Part shown: positions 52,958 to 62,382 of the stretch, one piece after another
How the letters are laid out: every line of letters starts with the position of its first letter
How positions within the stretch are numbered: the first letter of the stretch is position 1
Assembly (NCBI GenBank): GCA_045546815.1
Contig: JAZQDN010000054.1
Coordinates: 80,494 to 144,493, forward strand
Length of the DNA stretch: 64,000 nt
DNA from: Eubacteriales bacterium
Lineage (GTDB): Bacteria; Bacillota; Clostridia; Oscillospirales; QAKW01
Direction of reading: 5' to 3'
Notes under the pieces: model-generated
Told to the model about the DNA's origin: nothing
The model's input: the letters and a program-made list of their open reading frames with translations, nothing else
The model's database searches: none
Program-made: the position numbers and the translations under genes

Positions 52958-54695
52958 ATTGTGTTACCACCATGACTTCTGCGCCGTTTGCGTAGGTGAT
53001 TTCGGGTAGTGTCAGCCCAATTGCACGCAGTGTATACAGTCCGTTAAAGGCTGCAAGTGACTGCAAATCGGTTATTTCACAGCCGGAAATATCAAGATAG
53101 TCAAGACGCGGTATAGTGGCGAGCGGGTCAATACTTGTAACATCTGTATACGCAATGTCGAGCGATGTGAGCTCTGTCAGCTGACTGATGTCCTTGAGCG
53201 TGCTGATGCCCGTGTTATTGGCAGTCAGTACTACGAGCGGCAGGCTCGCAAGCGGACTTGTGTTTACCATTGATGTGTTCGAAACGTCAAGCGAAGCAAG
53301 TGCTGTGAGCGCTGACAAAAAGTCAAAATTGGTAATACTGTTATTTGAAATAATAAGTGTTTCAAGCTTTGTCAGCTTGCCTATGTTTTTGGCGTTTGTG
53401 ATAAGGTTGTTTGAAATATCAAGCGTTACAAGATTTTGTAACGTGTGGATAGACGACAGGTCAGAAATGCGGTTTTTCGAGATATAAAGCGCTTCGAGCA
53501 TCTGTGCTTTTGAAAAATCGGGGAGCTCGGAGATCGCGTTTTGCGATACGTCCAGCACAAGCAGCTTTGTGTGCGACGAAAGTGCCGAAATATCTTCGAT
53601 GTTATTGTGTGTCAGGAACACAAACTCAAGCTCGGGCAGGTTGGAGAGGACGCTCACCGAAGTGATGTTGTTGTCCGAAAGGTCAACGGTTTTAAGCTTT
53701 GTAAGTGAGCCGAGTGCGTCGATATCGCTTGTTTCAAGCTCGCAGTTTACAAGCGACAGTGCCGTAAGCCCCGTTCTTCCCGAAAGCTGCGACATTGAGA
53801 TGAGCTTTGTTTCGTTTTCGATAAAAAATCCTGTGAGGTTGGGCATCCGCTCAAGGTCTGACAGCGTTCGCAGATGTCCTTCAATGCCCGCATTTGACAG
53901 CTCGGTTACGTTTTCGAGCTCTTTGACTCTGATTATGCCCGTCGGCTTTTCCAGTGCCGCGCGCACCATAAGTTCCATCTTCGGATCGTCAAAAACAACC
54001 TCCTCATAGTCGTTTGTAACGTTAAATTCCGCCGAAAGAACGGGCGACACAAGCCCCTCTGCATTTACAGACACCGCGGTTATTCGTGTTATTCCGTTTG
54101 AAATGGTTATCGGTTCAACGTAGATGTTTGAAAACTTTGTCGGATAGCTGCCGTCTGTCGTGTAATAAACCGTTTCGCCCTCGCGGACGGTTATTGTCAT
54201 TTTCTGCGTTCTGTCATAGCTGCCCTGACGGGGTGTGTAGTTGAGGTCGGCAGGGCGCTTTGCCTCTATTTTTTTGAGCATATACTGGTCGTCAAGCGAA
54301 TTTATATAGTTTGCGGCGTCAGACAGTCTGCCTGCCGAGGTGTACACCTTTATTCTCATAATGTACAGCTCTTCAAGACCGCTTTCCTTTGTGGTGATTT
54401 TTTTCTTTATCGCCTCGTCAATAATTCTGCCTGCCGAGTCAAAATCCTCTGCTTTGGCATAGGCGTCGGCCAAAAGCAGATATATCTCCTGCTTTTTGCT
54501 TTTCCATCCACGCGCGCTGTCGTAGCATTCGACCGCCTGCGTGTACTGCTGTTTTTGCATTTTGGCGTTGCCCTTTGATTTATATATATTGTAAAACATA
54601 CCCCTGAATACAACGAGCAGCAAAAATACCGTGAGCAGCGCCGCCGCACCGAAGGATATTAAAAAATAGGTTAAAAACTTCTTTTTATTTACCAT
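52956..54695 (-). CDS. Membrane-anchored surface protein: TPR-like region, CHB_HEX_C-like domain and about 14 internalin-type leucine-rich repeats
   Basis: Start MVNKKKF (ATG 54695, GAGGTG RBS). TM FLTYFLISFGAAALLTVFLLLVV. VYYTTDGSYPT motif. 22-residue LRRs (LxxLxxLxLxxNxIxDIxxL), for example LPELEFVFLTHNNIEDISALSS. Confidence 0.8.
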   Translation of the reverse strand: MVNKKKFLTYFLISFGAAALLTVFLLLVVFRGMFYNIYKSKGNAKMQKQQYTQAVECYDSARGWKSKKQEIYLLLADAYAKAEDFDSAGRIIDEAIKKKITTKESGLEELYIMRIKVYTSAGRLSDAANYINSLDDQYMLKKIEAKRPADLNYTPRQGSYDRTQKMTITVREGETVYYTTDGSYPTKFSNIYVEPITISNGITRITAVSVNAEGLVSPVLSAEFNVTNDYEEVVFDDPKMELMVRAALEKPTGIIRVKELENVTELSNAGIEGHLRTLSDLERMPNLTGFFIENETKLISMSQLSGRTGLTALSLVNCELETSDIDALGSLTKLKTVDLSDNNITSVSVLSNLPELEFVFLTHNNIEDISALSSHTKLLVLDVSQNAISELPDFSKAQMLEALYISKNRISDLSSIHTLQNLVTLDISNNLITNAKNIGKLTKLETLIISNNSITNFDFLSALTALASLDVSNTSMVNTSPLASLPLVVLTANNTGISTLKDISQLTELTSLDIAYTDVTSIDPLATIPRLDYLDISGCEITDLQSLAAFNGLYTLRAIGLTLPEITYANGAEVMVVTQ

Positions 54696-54800
54696 TATTA
54701 TCACCTCTGTTTATCTGATTATATCATATCGTAATCATTTTTTCAATATGATTAAAAAAGGGCGGAAATGTCAATTAATTGGTAAAAAGGAGATGACGCT

Positions 54801-54983
54801 ATGAAACAAACCTATATTTTATCGCCGGCAGCCGAGCTGCTCTCGCTCAAAAAACAAATTGAAATTACCGAAAAGAAGCTGGATTTCACTGTCGATCCAA
54901 AGCTCATTGCCGCGCTTTCTTACGAAATTCTCGGGTTAAAGTCGCGTATGGGCTACCTTATTGACTGTCAAAAATCATTATAA
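54801..54983 (+). CDS. Small DUF2508 (YaaL)-like protein
   Basis: 60 aa. ...TVDPKLIAALSYEILGLKSRMGYLI fits the remembered DUF2508 pattern (D..lId.a.yel.a.e.rY.yL). AAGGAG RBS. Confidence 0.5.
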   Translation: MKQTYILSPAAELLSLKKQIEITEKKLDFTVDPKLIAALSYEILGLKSRMGYLIDCQKSL

Positions 54984-55046
54984 CAGTTATTATTAATAAA
55001 ATATATATTAATATTTTATGCACATTTACTAATTTTCATATTTCGC

Positions 55047-55075
55047 TTGAAAATGCGATATTGGTGTGTTACAAT
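55047..55075 (+). promoter_or_regulatory. Sigma-A-type promoter (extended -10) for the acidic-repeat lipoprotein
   Basis: TTGAAA (55047..55052), 17 nt, TGT-TACAAT (55067..55075). Confidence 0.6.
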
Positions 55076-55141
55076 GGTATCACAATTATAAGTATAATTA
55101 TCGCTAATTATAAGCAGTTTCTATTTGGGAGGTAATTGCGC

Positions 55142-57172
55142 ATGAAGCTTAAAAAGCTTAAAAACATTATTGCACTCGTTATTGTTTGCCTTATGTTATT
55201 CGCTCTTGCAAGCTGTAACAAAGTTAAAAGACCGGAAGGTGCAAAAAATAACAGTACTGACAACAGTAACCGTCTCCAACAGTTACTTGTAAAGGACACA
55301 TTCGTTCCTGACGATGATGACGACGACGAACAGGAACCGCCTGCTGACGACGATGACGACGACGAACAGGAGCCGCCTGCTGACGATGATGATGACGACG
55401 AACAGGAACCGCCTGCTGACGATGATGATGACGAGCAGGAGCCGCCCGTTGACGACGAGCCCGAACTTTCGGACACACCGTTCAACGCTCCCGGCGACGT
55501 TATCACAAAAATCAATGAGATTCTCGGTCAGCTTTCACAGGAAAGCGTTGATGCGACAAGTGCAACCGGTGTTAAGGACGCACTTATGACAAGCCGCACC
55601 GTTACCGTTTATGCTCCTTATGAAATATTCAAGGGACAGGACGATGCAATTGCTTCAATCGCGTCAAACCTCAATATGAATATCGATTTCCAGGTGATCC
55701 AGGGCGACTACACCGGTAAGATCCGTCAGATGGTGCTTGCAGGTAAAAAGGCAGACCTTATGTACGTTGATCAGGAAGCTTGGGGTATAACACACCACTT
55801 CACACAGGAAATCACAAAGTATGTAAACTTCAGCATCGCTGACAAGCTCGATACCTTCTCAAGCGCGCTTTCTTCCAAATTTGCATACGGCAATCCCGCA
55901 GACCAGAGATATTACGTAGCATCGGGTATTTCAACACCCTATATGCTTATGTTTAATAAAAACAATGTAATCGTTCCCGAAAAGACAATCTCGGGTGATA
56001 TCTACACCGACTTTTCAAAGCTTGAAGAGGACGAAAAGGCTCCCGATATTGAATATAAGGACGTTGTTGTAAAAGATCCCATCACAATGTACACAGAAGG
56101 TACATGGGGCGTAAGTGCATTTACCGAAATCCTTAAAGCAAACACAGTTTCAGGTAAAGTTGGTATGCTTTCATTCATGAACGACGACCGCAACTTTGAC
56201 ATCTGGTTCGGTATGGAAGACAACGCCGGCTTCGCAGTTGATAACATCATGCGCAGTACAAACGTTGACGCTTCAATGTACGCAAACGAAGCACTTGATA
56301 ACGTTGGCGCACATATGGATGCTCTCCAGGCACTTTACTGGACAACAACAGGTGAAGACGAATCAAACTACGTAGCAAACTTTATTGATGCAGGTCACGG
56401 CACCGGCACAATCGATACAGCAGAGCTCAACGCAACATACGACAAAATGCTCGGTACATACAAAGGTGCAGACCTTGTTTCATCAACATCATTTGTTGCA
56501 GTTGACTTTGACGAGTATACAGACGTTGTAGCTTATGCAAAAGCACAGGGTGTTGAGGTTGACTTCGTTCCGATGCCCTACGGCTTTATCGCAGAGCAGG
56601 CAATCAGAAGTACAGACCCCGACGAAGCAGGTCTTTACGCTGACGAAAACGGCAACGAGGTTGCTAAATATGCGGCTTCAAAGATCGGCGGCTTCTCAGT
56701 TATCAAAACTTGTGAAAACCCCGCAGTTGCACTCCGCGTTGCAGAGGAGATCACAAAGGCTTGGAAAACAAACTACGAAGCAACAATCGTTTCGACAATG
56801 ACCGAAGCACAGCAGGCTCGCTACGCTGAAATGAAGAAGAACCCCGGTATCTCATTCTTCCGTTCAATCTATGCAAACACCGCTTCATCATATCACACAA
56901 CAAACGCAACCGAAATCCTTAACAGACTTGATGACGGTACAAGAAATACATACCAGGGCTTCCAGGTATACAGCGCAACTCCCGAAGTTCTTACACAGCC
57001 TATGTATGCAAAGAACACAACTGTTGGTCCTTACGAAGCAAACACCTTCCAGACATGGAGTGAGTTCTTCTACGGAAAAAAATCTGATATCGACGGCAGC
57101 GTACTCTCAAGCAGCATCCTCCCGTCACTCACAACAGCATTCTTGCCCGCAACAATGTTGTTTAACGACTAA
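55142..57172 (+). CDS. Lipoprotein with a poly-acidic tandem repeat and a solute-binding-protein-like domain
   Basis: ATG 55142 after GGGAGG. Lipobox LMLFALASC. (DDDDDDEQEPPA) is repeated about 4 times, followed by an alpha/beta domain resembling extracellular solute-binding proteins. No ABC permease genes are adjacent. Confidence 0.8.
   Translation: MKLKKLKNIIALVIVCLMLFALASCNKVKRPEGAKNNSTDNSNRLQQLLVKDTFVPDDDDDDEQEPPADDDDDDEQEPPADDDDDDEQEPPADDDDDEQEPPVDDEPELSDTPFNAPGDVITKINEILGQLSQESVDATSATGVKDALMTSRTVTVYAPYEIFKGQDDAIASIASNLNMNIDFQVIQGDYTGKIRQMVLAGKKADLMYVDQEAWGITHHFTQEITKYVNFSIADKLDTFSSALSSKFAYGNPADQRYYVASGISTPYMLMFNKNNVIVPEKTISGDIYTDFSKLEEDEKAPDIEYKDVVVKDPITMYTEGTWGVSAFTEILKANTVSGKVGMLSFMNDDRNFDIWFGMEDNAGFAVDNIMRSTNVDASMYANEALDNVGAHMDALQALYWTTTGEDESNYVANFIDAGHGTGTIDTAELNATYDKMLGTYKGADLVSSTSFVAVDFDEYTDVVAYAKAQGVEVDFVPMPYGFIAEQAIRSTDPDEAGLYADENGNEVAKYAASKIGGFSVIKTCENPAVALRVAEEITKAWKTNYEATIVSTMTEAQQARYAEMKKNPGISFFRSIYANTASSYHTTNATEILNRLDDGTRNTYQGFQVYSATPEVLTQPMYAKNTTVGPYEANTFQTWSEFFYGKKSDIDGSVLSSSILPSLTTAFLPATMLFND
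55310..55450 (+). repeat. In-frame 36-nt tandem repeat, 3 full units plus one 33-nt unit
   Basis: Units at 55310..55345, 55346..55381, 55382..55417 and 55418..55450. Each encodes D5-6-EQEPP(A/V), and the units differ only at a few synonymous positions. Confidence 0.95.
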
Positions 57173-57182
57173 TAAAAACCTT

Positions 57183-57213
57183 AAAGGCAGGTCTTAAGTG
57201 ACCTGCCTTTTTT
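57183..57213 (+). terminator. Intrinsic terminator
   Basis: aaaggcaggtc-ttaagt-gacctgccttt 11-bp stem running into TTTTTT. Confidence 0.8.
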
Positions 57214-57250
57214 ATGTAATTTATAAATCAAAATTGCATACATTATATAT

Positions 57251-58003
57251 ATGATATTTAAACGGTCTGACAACATAAACTCGGCGATAATAAAGGGAAT
57301 AAGCGTGGCGATCGTATTTTTTGCCGCAGTGGCTCTCGTTTTATGCGCGGTTGCCGCATTTTTTTATGAGGGCGAGTTTATTTCTGCACTGTCAGATGAG
57401 GTGTCGCTGTCGCCGTGGTTTTACGTGACGACCGTTACAGTTTTGCTCGTGTCGTCGGTCGTTTACACTCCTTTTTCCTACGGCATTTCAATGTATTTTT
57501 TAAAATCAAAGACAGAAAAATCCAAATTTTCAGATATTTTCTACCTATTTAATAATAAGCGATTACTTTTAAAGGCGATTGCGGTCGACAGCGTGCGCAG
57601 GATGATAACTATGGTATTCAGGATAGTTATTCTGTTTTTTGCGGTCGTTATTGAGCTTGCGGTGTTGCGGTTGTGCCTTGAAAGTAAGGAGAGCGTCGCA
57701 TTTGTGGTGATAACGGTCGTTTTGTGGTGCTTTGTGATAGCGGGCTTTTTATATATAAAATTTAAATTTATTCTGTGTAAGTATGTGTTGATAATCAGCC
57801 CCGACAGCTCGGTTTACCGTTGTATAAAGGTGGGCTACCGTGCGATAACCGGCAAAACGGCCGTCACACTTCAGTTTTATATAAAATATATCGCTATATA
57901 CATTTTCACCTTTTTTACTCTCGGGCTTGCGGGGGCAAAACGCGTGAACAGGTCGCGCGACAGCTTTTGTACCTATGCTGTAAGACTTGTGTCAAATTAT
58001 TAA
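57251..58003 (+). CDS. Polytopic membrane protein of unknown function
   Basis: 250 aa with about 5-6 hydrophobic helices and no catalytic motif I recognise. Confidence 0.55.
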   Translation: MIFKRSDNINSAIIKGISVAIVFFAAVALVLCAVAAFFYEGEFISALSDEVSLSPWFYVTTVTVLLVSSVVYTPFSYGISMYFLKSKTEKSKFSDIFYLFNNKRLLLKAIAVDSVRRMITMVFRIVILFFAVVIELAVLRLCLESKESVAFVVITVVLWCFVIAGFLYIKFKFILCKYVLIISPDSSVYRCIKVGYRAITGKTAVTLQFYIKYIAIYIFTFFTLGLAGAKRVNRSRDSFCTYAVRLVSNY

Positions 58004-58081
58004 TTTTGCGCAGGGTGTTGAAAAAATCTGCCTATGTGATATAATCTAATATGAATAAGAATAATATATTTGGAGTGTACA

Positions 58082-60457
58082 ATGTTTAAAAAGTGCCTTG
58101 CAAAATTAATAAATAGTATTGAACAAAGAAAAAACCGACGCTCGAAAAAGGAGCAAAAGCCGCAAAGCCGCGCAGGAAGACGTATACGCCGCGCGCTGTG
58201 GGCGGTCTGCCTTACGGGTATACTTACCTGTCTTTTTACAGGTCTTGTTTTTACGTGGTACGTGTTCATTTATGTTGACGGTGAGTTTGACCTGTCATCA
58301 CTCGATCATTCGCTTAACTATACAACGGTAATTTATGGACAAAAGGACGGCGAGATGGTGGAGGTCGAGCAACTCCACGGCAGTGAAAATCGCATCTGGG
58401 CAAACATCGACGAAATTTCGCCCTATCTTCAGAATGCGTTTGTCGCAATCGAGGACGAGCGCTTTTATAAGCACTCGGGCGTTGATATAAAGCGTACCGC
58501 ACACTCGGTTTTAAACTTCTTCAACCCGAACAAATCCTCGTCGTTTGGCGGCTCGACCATAACGCAACAGCTTGTTAAAAACTTAACTGACGATGACGAC
58601 CATACAATCACCCGTAAAATTCAGGAGATGCGCCGCGCATGGTATCTTGAAAGTCAGTACCGCAAGCCGCAGATACTTGAAGTGTACCTTAATACTATCT
58701 ATCTTTCGCAGAGCTGCTACGGTGTGCAGACTGCCGCTGAAAAATACTTTGGCAAGACTGCGTCGGAGCTTACGATTGCAGAGGCGGCGTGTATTGCGTC
58801 AATAACAAAATCACCGACCTATTACGACCCGCTTATAAACCCCGAAAACAACAAAAAGCGCTCTGCTAATGTTATAAACAAAATGGTTGAGCTCGAAATG
58901 ATATCCAAAGAGGAAGGCGAGGCGGCAAAGGCAGAAACGCTCGTGTTCAAGGACGGCAGCGGTAAGACGGATAAGGCAAACGTAAAGAGCTATTTTGTCG
59001 ACGCCGTGACTGACGCTGTAATAAACGACCTTGTAAACAAAAAAGGCTACAGCAAGGTCTATGCCGAGACGCTTATCTATTCGGGCGGTCTGCAGATTTA
59101 TTCGACAATGGACGTAAAGGTTCAGGACTCGATCGACGGCGTTTATAAAGATAAAAATAATTTCCCGCGTATTACTGCCTATGATGATACGCTCAAAAAG
59201 GCAATACCGCTTGAAAGCGCAATTGCGATAATTGACAACTCAACAGGTGCTTGTGTCGGACTTTACGGCGGTATCGGTGAAAAAGAGACTGCACGTGGAC
59301 TTAACCGTGCTACACGCGGCTTACAACAGCCGGGCTCGAGTATAAAGCCGATTGCAACATATGCACCCGCTATCGAGTACGGCGTGTGTGTTGACGGTAA
59401 CAATGCACTGTCACCCTCGTCAATGATTCTCGACTGGTATATTTACGAGGATCAAAAGTATCCCGTAAACCAATCTCGTTTTGAGTCGAATAAAAAGGTG
59501 ACACTCACCGCAGGTGTTGCGCAGTCACTGAATACCGTTGCGGCACGTGTTCATATGGCGCTCGGCAGTAACCGTTCGTTTAACTTTGTGAAGGATAACC
59601 TCGGAATAACTACCCTTGTCCCCGGCTCTGACAATGATGCCAACGTCGGCGCACTCGGTCTTGGCGGTCTTACAAATGGTGTTACCGTTTATGAGATGGC
59701 GGCGGCTTATGCGGCATTCCCCAACGAAGGCACTTATACAAAGCCGTATCTTTACACAAAGGTTGTAGACCAGAACGGTCGTACAATACTCGAAAATCAG
59801 GTTGAGTCGCATACCGCGATGAGCGCAGAAACCGCACGTGTTATGAATCAGCTTTTATCCTATGCCGCATCGGCAGGTACAGGTACGCCCGCAAACCTCT
59901 ATACCCACGAAACCGCCGGTAAGACTGGTACTACCTCGGGCGACTACGACAGATGGTTCGTTGGCTACACTGCACAGTACTCTGCGGCAGTGTGGGTGGG
60001 CTATGACTATGACCACACTATCTATTTCGGCGGTGCAAACCCCGCTGCCACTGCCTTCAAAAAGGTAATGCAAAAGGTACATCAGGGTGTTGCGCCAAAG
60101 GCGCTTGCAAAGCCGCATACACTTGTTGCGTGCGAGTACTGTTTTGAAAGCGGTATGTTGCTTACTGATAAGTGTACAATGAAGGCAAACGGTCAGTTTT
60201 TACCAAACGGTGTTCCCACACAGCCGTGTAACGCACACGAGCAGGAGGAGGCTCCGCCTACAGAAGAAACTCCCGTAACCCCTGAAACACCGACTGTTCC
60301 CGAAACTCCAAAGGAGCCTGAAAATCAGCAACCTCCCGAGACCCCCGCGGTGCCCGAAACCCCGACAGTACCCGATACTCCGGTTGAAACACCCACGCAG
60401 CCCGACACCCCGTCAGAGCCTGCACCCGAGCCCGCGCCCGAACAACCCGAACAATAA
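58082..60457 (+). CDS. Class A penicillin-binding protein (glycosyltransferase plus transpeptidase) with a Pro/Glu/Thr-rich tail
   Basis: ATG 58082 after GGAG. GT51 motifs AIEDERFYKHSGVD and GGSTITQQL. Transpeptidase motifs SSIKP, SLN and KTGTT. Confidence 0.9.
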   Translation: MFKKCLAKLINSIEQRKNRRSKKEQKPQSRAGRRIRRALWAVCLTGILTCLFTGLVFTWYVFIYVDGEFDLSSLDHSLNYTTVIYGQKDGEMVEVEQLHGSENRIWANIDEISPYLQNAFVAIEDERFYKHSGVDIKRTAHSVLNFFNPNKSSSFGGSTITQQLVKNLTDDDDHTITRKIQEMRRAWYLESQYRKPQILEVYLNTIYLSQSCYGVQTAAEKYFGKTASELTIAEAACIASITKSPTYYDPLINPENNKKRSANVINKMVELEMISKEEGEAAKAETLVFKDGSGKTDKANVKSYFVDAVTDAVINDLVNKKGYSKVYAETLIYSGGLQIYSTMDVKVQDSIDGVYKDKNNFPRITAYDDTLKKAIPLESAIAIIDNSTGACVGLYGGIGEKETARGLNRATRGLQQPGSSIKPIATYAPAIEYGVCVDGNNALSPSSMILDWYIYEDQKYPVNQSRFESNKKVTLTAGVAQSLNTVAARVHMALGSNRSFNFVKDNLGITTLVPGSDNDANVGALGLGGLTNGVTVYEMAAAYAAFPNEGTYTKPYLYTKVVDQNGRTILENQVESHTAMSAETARVMNQLLSYAASAGTGTPANLYTHETAGKTGTTSGDYDRWFVGYTAQYSAAVWVGYDYDHTIYFGGANPAATAFKKVMQKVHQGVAPKALAKPHTLVACEYCFESGMLLTDKCTMKANGQFLPNGVPTQPCNAHEQEEAPPTEETPVTPETPTVPETPKEPENQQPPETPAVPETPTVPDTPVETPTQPDTPSEPAPEPAPEQPEQ
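60241..60454 (+). repeat. Low-complexity Pro-rich coding repeat (PETP/VPETPT variants)
   Basis: Encodes EQEEAPPTEETPVTPETPTVPETPKEPENQQPPETPAVPETPTVPDTPVETPTQPDTPSEPAPEPAPEQPEQ. Confidence 0.8.
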
Positions 60458-60462
60458 AAAAG

Positions 60463-60489
60463 CACCCCAAAACCCGTTGTTTTGGGGTG
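60463..60489. terminator. 11-bp hairpin between pbp and the ltaS-like gene; the T-run is only on the minus-strand side
   Basis: caccccaaaac / gttttggggtg. On the plus strand no U-tract follows, so read-through is plausible. Confidence 0.4.
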
Positions 60490-60507
60490 TACATTTGAGA
60501 GAAGACT

Positions 60508-62358
60508 ATGCAAAAATTTAAGTTTACTTTAAAACCGTGGCAGACCGCCACCCTCATATTTTTGATAGCAGTTGTGACAACGCTGTTTTCTGTTGCGATC
60601 CAGCCGGGCGCTTTTACAAAGTCGCTTTATGACATTGTGACCAGACCGCTGTGCATTGTGCTCAACGGCTTTCCTGTGCTAATACTTGTTTGCCTTGGAT
60701 ATTTTGTGTGCGGCAACGTCTTTTTCGGCGCATCCGTCACGTCACTAATATCCTTGCTTTTGTCGTATGTAAACCTGCTCAAAACAGAGGGCAGGGACGA
60801 TGCGTTCGTACCCGCCGACCTCGGTCTTATCCGTGAGGGCTTTTCATCAGCGGCAAACTACGGCATAGATATGCACGTTCCGCTGCTTGTTCTGATAATT
60901 GTCTATTGCGTTTTGCTGTTTGCGCTCGGCTTTTTTGTAAAGAGCCCGCGCTTTAAGCTGCTGTGGCGCGGTGTATCGGCGGCTGTTACGGTGCTTGTTT
61001 TTACACTGTCTGTCAGATTTGTGTACACAAGCACAGAGCTTTATAACAGCTTTACCGTACCGCAGATGTACAATATCCCATCGGTGTTCAACACGCTCGG
61101 CTTTAACTATTGCTTTCTCAGAAACTTCAATCTCTACCCCGTTGACAAGCCGGAGGGTTATAAGCCGTCGCAGGTCGAGCAGTGGCAGAAGGAAAGCCTT
61201 TTGCCAAAGGGTGAGCGTGAGGTCTCTCCCAACGTCATTATGGTAATGGGCGAGTCGTTTTCCGATTTTTCAAACGAAGACGTGTTTGACTGGGGCGACC
61301 CGCAACAAAACCCCGCGTATAAATACAATCTGCTTACAGAGAGTGACCGCTCGATATCGGGACACATAATCGTGTCAAACATTGCGGCGGGCACTGCCAA
61401 TACCGAGTTTGACATACTGACAGGTATGCCGACAAATATGATAAGCGAAACCACCACCTCGTCATTTCGTGTTGTAAACAAAAAAACGCCGACTGTTGCG
61501 TCGGTTTTAAAGGACAGCGGCTACGCGACATCGTTTTTACATCCCGGTGACAGCTGGTTTTACAACCGTTCAAGCGTATATAAATATTTCGGCGTCGAGG
61601 ATCAGGTGTTTAACGAAAGCTTTGACCTGCAAAACGATACCGTCGGCGGTCTTGTGACGGACGAGGCGTTTTTACGCGAGCTTAAAGAAAAAATGTCGCA
61701 AAACACAAGCCCGCAGTTTATCTACAGTGTAACGATACAAAACCATCAGACATATACCTACGCAAAATATCCCGATGCAACACCTGATGTTCCGACCAAC
61801 GTAGAAATATCCGATACCGCTATGGAAAACCTGTCTGTTTACCTTCGCGGTGTGCGCGATACGTCAGAAATGGTATACGAGCTTGCGCAGTATATCGATA
61901 CACTTGACGAGCCGACAATACTTGTATTTTTCGGCGACCACCTGCCGAACCTTGGCGACAACTTTGGTGCTTACCGTGAGCTCGGGCTTTCGGTGGGTCT
62001 CACAGACACTCCCGAAAACACGCTGTCGGCATATAAAACTCCGTTTGTGATTTACGGTAATACCTCATACTGCGAAACTGTCGACTTTGAACAAAAGGCA
62101 AAAGACCTTGAGCTTGCGCCCGTTATAAATAATAACTACCTCGGTGCTGCGGTGCTTGAGCTCGCAGGCTTTGAAGGCCACGACCCTTACTTTGATTTTC
62201 TCAATACCGTCCGCCGCGACCTTCCCGTTTTCAGAGTAAAAGAGGGTGTATACTGCTTTAGCGACGGCAGCTATTCAAACTCGCTTACAGACGATACGCA
62301 TAAAGATATAATAAAGAAAATCGATTGGTGGGAATATTACCGCCTGCGGACTAAATAA
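60508..62358 (+). CDS. LTA synthase-family sulfatase-fold enzyme (LtaS/phosphoglycerol transferase-like)
   Basis: 616 aa. About 5 N-terminal TM helices, then an alkaline-phosphatase-superfamily domain (VIMVMGESFSDF, FLHPGDSWFYNR, FFGDHLP). Confidence 0.8.
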   Translation: MQKFKFTLKPWQTATLIFLIAVVTTLFSVAIQPGAFTKSLYDIVTRPLCIVLNGFPVLILVCLGYFVCGNVFFGASVTSLISLLLSYVNLLKTEGRDDAFVPADLGLIREGFSSAANYGIDMHVPLLVLIIVYCVLLFALGFFVKSPRFKLLWRGVSAAVTVLVFTLSVRFVYTSTELYNSFTVPQMYNIPSVFNTLGFNYCFLRNFNLYPVDKPEGYKPSQVEQWQKESLLPKGEREVSPNVIMVMGESFSDFSNEDVFDWGDPQQNPAYKYNLLTESDRSISGHIIVSNIAAGTANTEFDILTGMPTNMISETTTSSFRVVNKKTPTVASVLKDSGYATSFLHPGDSWFYNRSSVYKYFGVEDQVFNESFDLQNDTVGGLVTDEAFLRELKEKMSQNTSPQFIYSVTIQNHQTYTYAKYPDATPDVPTNVEISDTAMENLSVYLRGVRDTSEMVYELAQYIDTLDEPTILVFFGDHLPNLGDNFGAYRELGLSVGLTDTPENTLSAYKTPFVIYGNTSYCETVDFEQKAKDLELAPVINNNYLGAAVLELAGFEGHDPYFDFLNTVRRDLPVFRVKEGVYCFSDGSYSNSLTDDTHKDIIKKIDWWEYYRLRTK

Positions 62359-62360
62359 AA

Positions 62361-62382
62361 AAAGACCCGAAAGGGTCTTTTT
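62361..62382. terminator. Bidirectional intrinsic terminator
   Basis: aaagaccc-gaaa-gggtcttt flanked by A and T runs. Overlaps the glcK stop. Confidence 0.8.

Noticed and set aside
55310-55450. 36-nt repeats considered as a possible mini CRISPR array
   Set aside because: The units are directly contiguous with no spacers, in frame within a CDS, not palindromic, and no cas genes are present.
55108-55515. 135-aa minus-strand ORF with striking poly-Ser/Gly-Cys periodicity (SSSSSSAGGSC repeated)
   Set aside because: It is the antisense image of the GAC/GAT-rich acidic repeat of the plus-strand lipoprotein gene, and its periodicity is inherited from that repeat. It has no RBS and lies wholly inside a well-supported CDS. 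The same applies to ORFs 55224..55478 (-) and 55314..55589 (+).
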